A stretch of 63,527 bases of DNA, filler included, from Olpidium bornovanus S191 (taxonomy: Eukaryota; Fungi; Olpidiomycota), in NCBI GenBank assembly GCA_017911155.1. It is 34 parts of 34 records of this genome, joined end to end, with 100 filler letters (N's around TTAATTAATTAA, not from the genome) between each part and the next. Parts side by side here need not be neighbours in the genome. Positions count along the whole stretch, not along the records: positions 51,826 to 52,917 come from JAEFCI010008984.1; positions 53,018 to 54,910 come from JAEFCI010004726.1; positions 55,011 to 56,350 come from JAEFCI010013301.1; positions 56,451 to 57,797 come from JAEFCI010010339.1; positions 57,898 to 61,883 come from JAEFCI010004758.1; positions 61,984 to 63,527 come from JAEFCI010006688.1; 28 more parts are not named here. The stretch is one strand, 5' to 3'. Under the pieces are notes generated by a model. The model was given only the letters and a program-made list of their open reading frames with translations. It was not told the DNA's origin and made no database searches. The position numbers were made by a program, and so were the translations under genes. This document shows, one piece after another, positions 51,826 to 63,527 of the stretch (position 1 is its first letter; every line of letters begins with the position of its first letter).

Positions 51826-52624
51826 CATGAGATATGCGCGTGAATGGACCTTCCCTGGGGCACTAGTCGCGCGGCTAAATTGTGTTAAAAACCGCAATCA
51901 GGTGTTTTGCGGCTTTGGGCGATGTAGCCAAAGCGAAGTACATTTCGGACCTCAACGATCTGGCAGAAAGCATTGCGGAAGAAAGGATGGTATGACACCT
52001 TTTTCGACCCCAGGTGGTGTTTTGTGTTCGAGAGCCGGCGATAATGCGGCTTACTTTCGTTGAACTTTGAATCTACTTGCAGGGCAACCCAATGGATCAT
52101 TATCTTATCCGCGCAAAGCTCGCTGCTCTCGACAAGCAATTTAAGGTGGCCGAAAACATTTACCTGGAGCAGGTGCGTATCGGCGGTTTTGGCCCTTTCC
52201 TGGGACGAGGAAGGGGCATAACGGCTCGCTGCCCAACTTTTCTTTTGCAGGGAAAAGTGGAAGAAGCTATGAAAATGTACCAGGAGATGCACAAGTGGGA
52301 CCTGTCCATCCGAGTTGCGGAACTGAAGTCGCACCCTGAACTTGAAACGCTCCGGCGCAACTACTACCAATGGTTGCTGGACTCTGGCCAGGAAGAGAAA
52401 GCAGGTGTGCCCCGGAGTTGTGCCCGTTTCTTTAAGCGGTTCAGCGTTTTGGTAAACATAATTTCTGTTCTGCAACGCATCCTAGGCGAACTGAAAGAGC
52501 AGGAGGGCGACATAATATCGGCAATAAACCTCTACCTGAAGGGGGGTAGGTCAACGTTGAAAAGTAAAGCTATTGTCGAAGGCTATGAATCGTAAAGATC
52601 ACCCATAACCCCTTCCCCAACCAC

Positions 52625-52658
<34 letters not shown>

Positions 52659-52697
52659 CCCCCCCCCCCCCCCCCCCCCCCCCCGCCCGCCCCCCCC

Positions 52698-52743
<46 letters not shown>

Positions 52744-52917
52744 GGAATGCCGGCGCGTTCCGCCACCCTGTTAAACCAGCATGGGCTCTCGTCGAACATG
52801 GAGCTAACAGAACGAATTGCGGGGGCGCTATTTAAAGCTGGACTGTTTGAGAAAGCCGGCGAGTTCTTCGAACGCCTCGGGAACCTCCCGCGAGCCTTGG
52901 AGGCGTACAAGAAAGGA
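51826..52917 (+). CDS. IFT172: Intraflagellar transport protein 172, internal fragment
   Basis: [111 protein letters not shown]...[10 protein letters not shown]. Confidence 0.94.
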
Positions 52918-54000
52918 NNNNNNNNNNNNNNNNNNNNNNNNNNNNNNNNNNNNNNNNNNNNTTAATTAATTAANNNNNNNNNNNNNNNNNNNNNNNNNNN
53001 NNNNNNNNNNNNNNNNNACGTCACCGGCCGCCGGGGCCCGCGGAGCGCCGCCCTCGCCCTTCCCGAAGACCCGGCTGCTCTTCAGCGTGCCGTGTACAGC
53101 CCATTCCAGAAAGCCGCCATTGCGAGGTCAGGACATGCTTGCCTACGCCGCCTGCAGGCAAAAACGAAAAGTACCCCTTCCACCGGTCCACACCCTTTCA
53201 ACCCGAGACACCCACCATCCCCCAACGAAACCGTGTTTGCATACTTGCGGTCCAGATCTCCTACGAAATAAGACCATAAAAGAAGCTGCGTTATCAGCCA
53301 CGCTTTCTAGAATTTATGTTGCTCTTTCAAAGCACTCGGACAACTACCTCGTAGAATTGCCGATTGTCGCCGTCCGCGGCCGCCGGCTCTCTCCGTGTGC
53401 GGCCATGGGCCCTCTCGACCGTCTGCTTTCTTTTTATAAAAACCCAACACGGGAGGGGGGGGGGGGGGACGTTGGAAAATACCGCGGAAGCGGGGTTGCG
53501 GACGCGCTGGGCGCTCTAGCCGTCAACAGCGGGGCGTGGCGAGTGCGGGGAAGGGGGTGTGGAGAAGGAGGGGGTGTGCCGCCAGTCGCGCCCAAAAACA
53601 AAACCGGCGCCAACGGCGGGTGACGCGCCGCGCCACGCAACCTCCCCCCGCCCACTCCCCCACGGACCCGGGCGCGCGCCCGCCGCTGTCAAGCACCGGC
53701 CCCAAGGACGTTCCTCTTGACGGCCCGCAACACGCGCCTGCTGGAGGTCAGCGCCGCAGTTGACGGACTGCCGAGGAGACAGCCGTTGCGGACGGTGCGC
53801 GGGACGGCCCGCAGAGAAGGCGCGCGGGAGCTTCCAGGCGTGGGGTTTTGCCGCGTCACGATGCCGGGATCGGCGCGTTCTCCTTCGGCGGTACGCGCGG
53901 AGATCCTCCGCATTGCGCGCTCTGGGCTTTCGCGACAAGCCGCCTAAACGCGTTTCTCTGAGACGCGCCCCCACCTTTTTCCTGGCGCTTTCGCACCTAG

Positions 54001-54705
54001 ACGCCACAGGTTTCTTCGGGATCGCATGAACATCGCAATTCGGAGAAACCCGACGCCGAGTCGGACCTCCTGGACGAGTTACTGGACATTGAGGCAGACT
54101 ACCAGACTACGCTGACCGCCCTACTGGAGCGAGTGTTGCCGGTCTTGGAAGCGTCTAACATGCTGACTGCGGGCAGGAAGCAGATCCTCTTCTCCAACCT
54201 GAAGGAGCTCCAGTCATTCAGTTCTCAATTTCTCGAGGTTATTTTTGCCTCGTTTTGCGTACGCCGCCCGTCGCCCAGGCGAGCTTCACGATGTCACTCT
54301 TACCCCGCATGCATCACGTTCCTTTTTTCTGCATGTCCTTCGGAACGCCTGCCGTTGCCGCGGGGTTTCAGGATCTGTCGCGAGTACAGCTTCCCGAGCA
54401 CCGCCAAAGGTTTGCTCTTATAATCCAAGACGCCCTGGAGCGGAGCGCGGCCGCTTACGATTTGTACTGTCGACGCTATGCTCTGACTGCTGACATCGTA
54501 TGTCAACTGACTGGCGAACAGCAGACGTCGGCGCTGCTCAAGGTGAGACCGGATGCGGCGACTGATCTGAAACTCCGTCTGGGTATAGTTTGCGGCTGAC
54601 GCGAATATTCAGAGGTTGTTCTCCGCCGACAAACGCATCTGGCCGCTGAGTGCCGCTTTTGGGAAGCCGTTACAAATCTCCTTCAATTACAAGTTGCTGA
54701 TCTTC
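54001..54705 (+). CDS. Dbl-homology RhoGEF domain protein, partial
   Basis: LLDELLDIEADYQTTLTALL..QILFSNLKELQSFSSQFLE-DL..AYDLYCRRY..-PLSAAFGKPLQISFNYKLLI follows DH CR1/CR3 motifs, somewhat degenerate. Confidence 0.7.
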
Positions 54706-55276
54706 GTGAGGCATCCGCATCACCTTTGAGTCGAGACATACTGATCGTGTGTTGTTAATGCCGGCATCTCTCTCCTTGTAGAAATTTGTGGATTTGACAA
54801 GCAGTGACGCTTCCCTTTCAAACCAACTCAGCGCAATAAACGGCTTACTGGACAAATTCTTGAAAATGGTATACAGTGCACGCCAAGCTACCTTGGACTG
54901 GGAAGCCATGNNNNNNNNNNNNNNNNNNNNNNNNNNNNNNNNNNNNNNNNNNNNTTAATTAATTAANNNNNNNNNNNNNNNNNNNNNNNNNNNNNNNNNN
55001 NNNNNNNNNNCGCAGAGGACGGTACCAATTTCAAATTGACGGGGGTGCCGCCACGGTGGACGGAATTGCCGTAGGCATATTTATATGTGCGTCTGGAATG
55101 GGCGCCCATACACGGGGCTATGCGTTCCATGCGCCGGCAAGTAAGAATGGGCGTTTCTGGCGGGGAAAAGGGGGCGGGGGGGCGGGGGTGGGGGGGAAAG
55201 GGGGGCACCGCGCGACGCGAGGAGAGAATGGAGTTGGGGGGGGGGGAAGAGATGCGGAGTGCCAAGCGACAATGAC

Positions 55277-55400
55277 AGTAATGCGCATAGCAACACGCAC
55301 AGTGGTAACGCGCACAGCGCAGCAATGCGCACGTTGGCAATGCGCGCGGTGGCAATGCAGCCGGTAGCAATGCGCACGGGAAAGGCACGGTAATGCGCGC
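55277..55400 (+). repeat. Degenerate ~15-bp minisatellite, core RG(C/T)AATGCGCAC, about 8 copies
   Basis: AGTAATGCGCAT, AGCAACACGCAC, GGTAACGCGCAC, AGCAATGCGCAC, GGCAATGCGCGC, GGCAATGCAGCC, AGCAATGCGCAC, GGTAATGCGCGC. Confidence 0.75.
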
Positions 55401-55834
55401 TGGCCCGACTGTCGTCGATCGTAATCCCCGCTCCACGTGACTTTTGATGGGTCGTCGGCTTCCCCCCCTCCCCTGAGGCCGCAGCACCCGCAGCACCCAC
55501 ACCGCCTCCTAACCCACCATCCCCTTCCCCTTCCGCTCTAAACCACCGTCCCCTTCCGCTCTTCCTTCCGCCGCGGCCTTCGGCACCGCTCCGACCGCCT
55601 CCCCCGACCCCGCCACGACCGCCGCCTCCGCAGCTGCCACGCCCGCCGCCGCGTTCTCTGGAGGCGGCCTGTGTTTGTGTGGTAGGTCTAGGCGCCCTCA
55701 TTTTCGCCCTCTTCCCTCCTCCCCTCCTCCCTCTCCCCTGCGTCCCGCCGCGGCCCCGCACACGCTACCGGCGAAGCCAGCCGCTTACACCGTGCGCATT
55801 CTTGCCGCGCTGCCTCCTTACCAGTCCCTCAACA

Positions 55835-56233
55835 GGTATCGTGCACGTCGAAGTCGCGGACGCCCTCCTTGCCGCCGTACGGAAACTGCTTAAAGTGGGT
55901 GCGTACGGTATTTTCGACTGTTCCTTACTTTTCCTTACTAAGTAATACGTATTGCCAAAGACGGCTAACGTTGTGACAGAACCCCGTCAACGCTGTCATA
56001 CATACCCTCGTTACCGCGTCCGCTACAAAAAAATTATCAAAATGAACATGAGTAAAACGTGTCTGCTTTACATTGATATCCCTCCTTATAGCGAGGTGAG
56101 AGCAGCGCTCGTGTTCTTTCTGGCGTCGGCAACAATTATATGTCCCATCCCTGGTATTTCTAATGCTTCAGTTATCACACCAAGGCACCACGCGGCGCTG
56201 CGGGAATACCTTTGCGTCGAAAGCGTCATCATG
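55835..56233 (+). CDS. Possible multi-exon gene fragment, unidentified
   Basis: Short splice-site-bounded segments GIVHVEVADALLAAVRKLLKV and ITPRHHAALREYLCVESVIM; no family recognised. Confidence 0.3.
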
Positions 56234-58360
56234 GTGCCAAAAAATGTTGGTTTTCCTTCAATCACCGCAAGTTTGCGGCATCAATGAAACCTCGGAGGCC
56301 AAATTGCGTAGATAATTTGAGTCTGACGGTCTGTTTTTTGTGCTCCGTCANNNNNNNNNNNNNNNNNNNNNNNNNNNNNNNNNNNNNNNNNNNNTTAATT
56401 AATTAANNNNNNNNNNNNNNNNNNNNNNNNNNNNNNNNNNNNNNNNNNNNCAGGCCGAATTCTTACTTGCCCTGCACTGGGTCAGCTAGCTAAAGGTATC
56501 GAAATGGTGCACGGACTCCGAAAGTTCAAATTGGATACGGTGAAAAAAAAAAATAATAATTCTAGCCCATGTGTCGGCCGGTTTTTCCTCGATACAAAAT
56601 GATCCCTCATTTCCAGTCCAAAGCACGCTCAAAATCCAAACAAAATGATGGTCGATGAACAAACAAACGACAAAAAGGTTTGGATGCGCGGCAGATTCGC
56701 AATTCCAATCGAAGTCCCAACCCCTTGTCGTGAAAGAGCAAGCGATAAACTTAGAAGCGTTCCAAAATTTCGACTGGCAGAAGAGAACTCTTCCCCCCAA
56801 AAAAAAAAAAAAAATAATTATAATAAAAATCCTTACCTCTTGTTCAACCAAACATGTAACCTCCTTCGTCCTAGCTGTTTTCAGTCCGTGCCGTGCTTCA
56901 CGGCCTCCCGGGTATTTCCCCCCCGCAGCGGCGGCCATAAGACATCGAAGTGTCGTAATCCCTTGGTAAACCAGGCTTTCAAAGAAACGCGTGTTCCTAT
57001 ATGAGCAGCTCGTCTCGCCGTACGTGTCAGCATGGCGAAGCGGCAATGATAATCACCTACCCTTCTATTCTCACAAAAAGGGCTCGCCCGCCTAGCCTGT
57101 CCCGTCGCTCCTTCGTCGTCGCTGTCGAGAATCTCTATCACATCCTGCGATCGCTGTGCCTGCAACGTGCGCTGACACTGTGGAGTTAGGCCGGAGACAA
57201 CACGACAGCAGAAACGGAACGAAAATCAGAAAGTAAAAGCAACGAAGGGAGGAGGCAGCTCTGCTGGAAAAAAAAATGAAATGAATATAAAGGAGTGACT
57301 TGTTTAAATTGTGCCTGACGTATCCGTGGGAACCGGCACTTCCTGTGTTTACACCTGCGTGAAGCAATATCCGAGGGATGTGTGTGTGGGGGGGGGGGGG
57401 GGGCGGGAGGAAGAATGTGGCTCTCACATTATCCTGGCGCCTGCATTCCGCGCTCTGCGCCAACGTAAAACCAGTCTGACACCGTAGCGCCTGGAACAAT
57501 ACCGGACGGCCACTTCGGACGACCTGGTCCAATTGACCTCTCCGGGAAAACGCGGCGAGCGATGCGCGGAAACGATTCGCTTTCTCTTTCGCGGTAAGCC
57601 GCTCACGTCTGGTACCGTTCGCCGACGCGGAGGGAAGGAAGAGACATTCTGTGGACTGACGCTCCACCGCCGCGTCGGTCGACCTCGACGAAAAGAACGG
57701 CAGTAATGCCCCAACTTGCGATTCTTGATCACGAGCATTTCTGAGCGACGTTGTGGCCGTCCCGGTTCCGGGCGGCTCACCGGCAAGCGGAGGCATGNNN
57801 NNNNNNNNNNNNNNNNNNNNNNNNNNNNNNNNNNNNNNNNNTTAATTAATTAANNNNNNNNNNNNNNNNNNNNNNNNNNNNNNNNNNNNNNNNNNNNCAT
57901 GTTATTTAGCAGTTTTTCCTGTTATTTAAAAAAATTACCACTTTCTCCCGGTAAATAACATTACTAACGATTATTAACATTTTCAACGATTTTTACGTCG
58001 TGGTTCGCCGGTTTCTTTGAATATTTACTGCTGGAATTCTCTGACATCCCACTTACATTTTATTATCACATCCACCACAATCCAAACGGTTATGCGAATT
58101 CACCACCAAGAGTTTGGAAAGGGAGTAATTGAATGAAGCAGTCGGATGAGACGGGAAACGCCGATTGGGAAGTTGTTGCGGAGCCAATGCCGGCCGAGTT
58201 AACGGGTAAATAAAATGATGAAAGAGGCAAAGACGATGCCGGCGGAGGGGATGATGATCGCGTTGGGGGGGCGATCGAAGAAGGGCGCTGGGCCGTCGAG
58301 GATCGGGTTGACGTAAAGAAGGGCGTCATTGCAAGGATGTGCGCATCCCACGAGCCAGCC

Positions 58361-58419
58361 AATGGCGGCATCGACGAGGCAAAGAAATTTTTAATGGCGG
58401 CATCAACGAGGCAAAGAAA
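58361..58419 (+). repeat. 27-bp direct repeat, 2 copies, 5-nt spacer
   Basis: AATGGCGGCATC(G/A)ACGAGGCAAAGAAA at 58361-58387 and 58393-58419, one mismatch. Confidence 0.85.
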
Positions 58420-59416
58420 AGAGGTTGCGCGGTCAGATCCATCGATGGAGTTGCGTATCTTTCAGCGATTGTAGTTACATATAGTTGTGGCCCGTCCCGA
58501 GTAGTAGAAATCAACCCGTGGACGAACCGAAAACGAAAGAGGGCGAACGAACACGCGCGCACGCAAAAAAAAAACCTCTGAAGCAAGCGTGTCGCCGCAA
58601 GTCGAATGGGTATCACCTCATCGTCGCCTACTAAGGGGTCGTCGCCGGTTGGAGTCTCAGTCGGCTCCGATGACGTGGTCGAAAACTCGGGTAGACTTAG
58701 CATACGGTGAGGCGAGGGCGACAGCGCGAAGTGAAGTGCCGACAACGTGCGGTTCGACAAACGGTCTGTGGAATGAGCTTAAATCGATACCGCGCATTAA
58801 CGGGAGCCGAAAAGTTGCCCCCGGTTGGCCGATTCTCACTGCTCCGCTTCACATCTATGGAGACGGCCTTTGCCGGAGGCCTCCACATCGTACTGCAGAA
58901 ATAACTAATCTTAAGCTTTTGTGTCCGGCTTCGAACATTTCTGAAGAAACTCGTTTTGTTTGTGACATCTGTAAAACGTGATTCTGCGATGCTGAATGCA
59001 CACCTAGATATGTCGTTCAAATCTTTCTGCTTGCGGAAAGACGAACTTTCTGCAAAAATTACATTGTGCTCTTTTTGTAACCAGTATTACTGGAAATTGT
59101 CAGCTGACTTCGGACGGCCGCCGCCAGGTGCCATCTTGATTTGACTCCTTGTCTACAACGCTTAAAAAACACGAACGGAACAAATCATGCTGAGACAACC
59201 AATGCCCTCAAAATGTCTGTCAATGTTCAATCCGGGGATGTTATGTTTCTCCGGGTTCACCCGTAATAAATTTTTCACCTTCCGCCTTCCCAAGATCGAC
59301 CTTTCTGTAACAAAAGCACGCAGCCCGCCGGGCCGGCTTTTCTCCTTTCTTCCTCCAGGCGGAGGGGGAAAAGGGAGGGGAAAAAGGGAGTGGCGCGTTT
59401 TTTTTTTTTTTTTTTT

Positions 59417-59458
<42 letters not shown>

Positions 59459-60015
59459 TGCGGGGAAGGAGGCGGGCGCCCGCCCCGGCCCGCTTCCGCT
59501 GTCCTCCCCGCCGCCCTCCCCGCACACACACACACACACACGCGGGGAAAGCACGCACGCACGCACGCACGCAAGCACTCTCCCGCCCCCCGCGCACCGC
59601 AGCGCACGCACGAACGCAAAACACGACCGTCCCGCACCCGTACATTCTCCTCTCTCTGCCTCTTTCTCTCTCCATCTCTCTCTTTCTCTCCCCCTCTCTC
59701 GGCTCTCTCTCTCTCTCTCTATTTTCCTCTCTTTCTGTGCGCGCACGCTGGCACGTGCGCTTGCAGAAAGGAAAGACGGAAACACCCCCCCCTTTGGGGA
59801 AAGCGTGTGCCGAAGAAAAAAAAAAAAAAGGAAGCGGCCGGCAGGAGTGTGCGTGTGCGTGCGTGCAACGCGGTTGCCAGTTGCCGCGTAGTCCCAGCAG
59901 ATTGTTCGCATTCCCCGCGGGACCCACCCCGCGGAGAGTCGCAGGCTGGGTTTGAGGGGCGTCGTGGTCGTGTCCGCGCGCGGGGTTGAGAGATAATAAA
60001 AGACACCCTGCAGAC

Positions 60016-61578
60016 ATGAACGACCTGAGGAAATTCTCGCGGCGGGCCGAGGGCGTTCTGGACAGACTTGGGTCGCCGCTGAAGCCCTACATACCTGCAA
60101 TTGCGCGGTTCCTGCTCGTCGTCACCTTCCTTGAGGACTCGCTGCGCATATTTACGCAGTGGGGGGACCAGGTTTACTACCTCACGGTGCACAGGGGGAT
60201 GTGGGGGACCGTCGCGCAGATATTCCTTTTCGGAAACGTTGTGGTGGGTTTAAGGAAAAGAACGTTGGAAAAAAGGCTCTCTCCCGGCCTCGCCCTGGCT
60301 TACGAGAAGAACGTAACTGCTTCCCTTTCTGCGTTTGCTTTTTCCCCCGCAGACGATGGTCTTCTGCTCCACGCTCGCCATCGCGCGCAAGTGGACCGAG
60401 TACGCTGTGGCAGGCCTCTTTGGCGTTGTCGTCTCCCAGTCGTTGGGATACGGCCTCATCTTCGACACGAACTTCTTTTTGCGCAACCTGAGCGTTCTCG
60501 GCGGCCTGCTCATGCTCCTCAGCGAGTCCCTCAGCAAAAAAAAGAAGTCTTTTTTTGCGGGCCTCCCCCACATCTCCGACACCAACAAGTCGACGTACTT
60601 CCAGCTCACGGGAAGGATTCTGCTCGTCTTTCTTTTCCTCAGCTTCATCTTTGCCGGAGACATGACTCTCGGGCGCATCGTCGTCAGCATCGTCGGCTTC
60701 GTCGCGTGCGTGATGGTGGTCATCGGCTTGCAGACCAAGTTGTCCGCCATGTTTCTCGTCCTGTTTCTATCAGGTGGGTCACGCGGCCGTTCGTTAGGTC
60801 TTTCGCTTGTTCGGACGGTTATCTGCGTTCCTCCCTGTATCGCATCACACGATCGTGCCGAGTACGCGGAGGACGAGACTCAAAGATCCTGCTTGGACTT
60901 GCTCTCTACTGATTTTGTAATTGTCTTTCTTTGCCGCAACCGTCTCAAGTATCAAACGTCCTTATCAACAATTGGTGGTCTGTCCACCATAATGTGCCCC
61001 GTACGTCTTATCCGTGTGGCGGGAGGTACGCTATTTTGTTAATGAACGCAGTTTGCAGACGCTGCTTGTTTACGCTTCGGATCTCCCATGCGCGCACCGA
61101 AATTCCTGATTTGACTCTTCTGTGCCGCGCCCATCCCGAAACGCCCGGAGCAGAACGAGATTTCATGAAATACGGTATTGCTTTTGTTGGGGAAATGTGC
61201 TCTGCGTGTCTGTTTTTGCGCCGTTTTCTCTGTTGTTAATTGATCGTGTCTTGTTTGGATACTTTGCCATCCCCTGTTGCGATTGGTCGCATCCCTCATC
61301 TCCGCTTCCCACGCAGACTTCTTCCAATGCCTGTCTATTGCTGGAGGCCTGCTCCTACTTTTCAACATGGGTCCCGGAGGCTTCTCGGTAGACGGTGAGT
61401 ATGGTACTCCTCTGTTTTTCAGTCCGTTTTTCGGTAAAGAGCAAACAAGCGTACTTATTAATTGGTATTACCCGTCCTCCACCGCCCTCTTCCCACCACT
61501 TCGCTGCCGTTTCTGCATGTGCGCACGTTTTCTCCTTTTCCCCGCCTCGAACAAACAGAACGAAAAAAAGAATACTAG
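60016..61578 (+). CDS. ERV29: ER cargo receptor Erv29/SURF4, essentially complete
   Basis: [108 protein letters not shown] (KKxx ER-retrieval signal). Confidence 0.96.
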
Positions 61579-62079
61579 CCGTCACAAAGCACTTTCGACG
61601 TGACCACGTGTCCGTGCGATCGTTAATTCCGTTTGCTGGATCGGTCGGTCCTGGTTAGCATGTCCCAATAAGAAAATCGAGATCGCGCCTCCAAAGTCCT
61701 TTTGCATTTCCGCTCAGACGTTTTGACAAAGAGAAGCTCCACATTTGTACTATCACGTCCGGAACAGCAGCAGGTAGAATCAGGGATATTGGGCGGAAGT
61801 GATATAACAACTTCTCCCGTTTGTTGTGAGGGAGGTGGGGGGCGGGGAGGGGGGAAATGCTAGAATCATTGTGCCCATGCCGCNNNNNNNNNNNNNNNNN
61901 NNNNNNNNNNNNNNNNNNNNNNNNNNNTTAATTAATTAANNNNNNNNNNNNNNNNNNNNNNNNNNNNNNNNNNNNNNNNNNNNGCATGTGTGTGAGACGA
62001 GGGCAAGGGGGGAGGGGGGAAAAGAGACAAGAAGTTGCTTTAATAGTCTTTTTTTGGGCCGCACGTTAGCTCGCCAGAC

Positions 62080-63527
62080 GTGAAACCTATGCACGAGCTC
62101 GAGGAAAAGTTCGAGGAATACTGGACCAACGGCTTCGTAGGGAAAGGCGGGAAGAGACGATGCCGAGTGAACCCTCTCTTGGCCGTCGCCGAACTCGGCC
62201 AGGGCTTCCGGCTCCACTACGGCAGCCACCCGTACAAGGCCTACTTCTGGCCCGCAGCTGGCGTTATTCGGAAGCCGAGGTGGACGGCCGCCGACTTGCT
62301 GCCTTACGTGCGGCACCAGTTTGCCGAATGGCTGACAGTATTTTGGCGCCGCGCCGCGAATTCCGAAATTCGCCTCCGCCTGTTCCACGGCGAAGCGCTC
62401 TGCTTCGCGGCCGCGCTGGGGGACTACGCTCGCCGGCTGTCGGCTTGCACACGGTCGTTCCACTACCAAAGCCGGTCGTCGTCCCTCGCGCCATTGATTT
62501 TGGAATCGACCGAGTACGCGGATGTTCCCGGCGGCGCGCCCCGCCGTTTCGACGTGATCGACACGTCCAACCTAGGAGACCACCTGGGCTTGCTGAACGT
62601 CCTGACGGCAACGACGCCGCTGCTGCGCGACTCGGAGGGCGCCACGATCTCGACGGACCTCATGATCGCCAGCCGCGGCAAGATCACCGCTGATAACCTG
62701 CTCGTTGATCCGGCGTTCTTTTCCTGCCTGACCGGCCTTGTCCGTTTCGACGAGATGTACGGTTGGTCGTCCGAGAACACGGTCCGCCTGGGGTGGTTTG
62801 GCTATGGGCCAAAGCTGTCGCGGATCGAGTGGAGACGCGTCGCCGAGCTCGACCCCGCCGCTTGTTCCTTCAAGAACGTGGAGCTGCGCATGGACAACGG
62901 CCATTTTGCAGCGGCAATGTGTTCGTTGTTTAGAAGAATGTTTTCACACCTGGTCGGTACCCTTTTTTATTTGCGCTCCGGTTACGCCCTGCTGGGAGAT
63001 ATCGTGTTTTTTTCGGGGTTTTGTTTTCCGTCGCTTTTTAGGGCCTAAGACGACTTGTTTTTGCCCAGAACCTAGGGCAAGCATGCGGCGTTATTCTCAA
63101 TATTGCCCAGTATACAGTCCAGTTTTTTGTTCGCAGCATTGGATACCTTTCTCAACACCTCAATCTCGAAAACCCGCGGGCGTGTTTCGACGCAGTGCTG
63201 GAGGGACTTTACCAGTGCGAAAACATGCCGGTCTTCCACCTGCACCATGAACTCTGCATGTGGCTTCACGAATACGGCCTCCGCTCCAACGAGCCATTTG
63301 AGATGACGGTGTACAAAGCCTGCAAGATTGTTCGCGCCGTCTGCACCGTAACTGAGCCAATTTCTCCTATGATCGCAGAGCTGGTTGACCCGATTGTGAG
63401 GATGGTCATGCTCGTCCCCCGTGCTGTCGTCGATAAGATGTTTGTGCTCTCCCGAAACGACGCCGACAACACGAACAAGGTCCTGCCGACGGGGGGAATG
63501 GTCGTCTTGTTGACCACCCCAGAATCC
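62080..63527 (+). CDS. Fungal DUF4470 / MYND-finger-associated protein, internal fragment
   Basis: GFRLHYGSHP..F, QFAEW...F, LFHGEALCF, APRRFDVIDTSNLGDHLGLLNVLTATTPLL; after an intron at about 62953-63068 the frame stays open to the window end (HELCMWLH..GL, VRMVMLVPR). Confidence 0.62.

Noticed and set aside
54670-54909. 79-aa antisense ORF overlapping the RhoGEF exon
   Set aside because: No recognisable family; the plus-strand DH exon and following intron explain the region.
58361-58419. Direct repeats here and at 38756-38848 as CRISPR remnants
   Set aside because: Only two copies each, the 58361 spacer is just 5 nt, no cas genes, eukaryotic context.
59162-60100. Long ORFs in low-complexity DNA (59162-60100, 59241-60017, 10665-11432, 17871-18788 and similar) and ORFs running into N gaps
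   Set aside because: They arise from homopolymers, microsatellites and high GC, translate to poly-K/G/P/R, and overlap promoters or introns of real genes.

Overview
This is not one contiguous locus. It is a pseudomolecule of 34 short contigs (about 1.0-4.0 kb) joined by 33 artificial 100-nt spacers (44 N + TTAATTAATTAA + 44 N), so adjacency across a spacer has no biological meaning. The DNA is GC-rich, intron-rich (GT-AG) eukaryotic genomic sequence. It carries fungal-type genes (Atg8, Atg3, Kgd1, Erv29, Slp1, Sgd1, Mix17, BBP/Msl5, CHY finger, ENA-like ATPase, DUF4470/MYND) alongside flagellar or centriolar genes (HYDIN, IFT172, CCDC77, katanin p60). That combination points to a zoosporic, early-diverging fungus; an Olpidium-like organism is only a guess. 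Most genes are partial. The best leads are: (1) an unusually long intron in the branchpoint-binding-protein gene, packed with branch-point motifs and alternative 3' splice sites that would create premature stops, suggesting autoregulation; (2) a viperin/RSAD2 antiviral enzyme fragment next to a tRNA-Val gene; (3) a tRNA-Asn-like gene with a 9-nt anticodon loop; (4) a perfect 24-bp hairpin with sub-repeats beside an AT-rich tract; (5) a recurrent GTCACGTGAC promoter motif. Many contig ends fall on CATG, which looks like a library or assembly signature. All homology calls come from hand translation and remembered family motifs; no database search was run.
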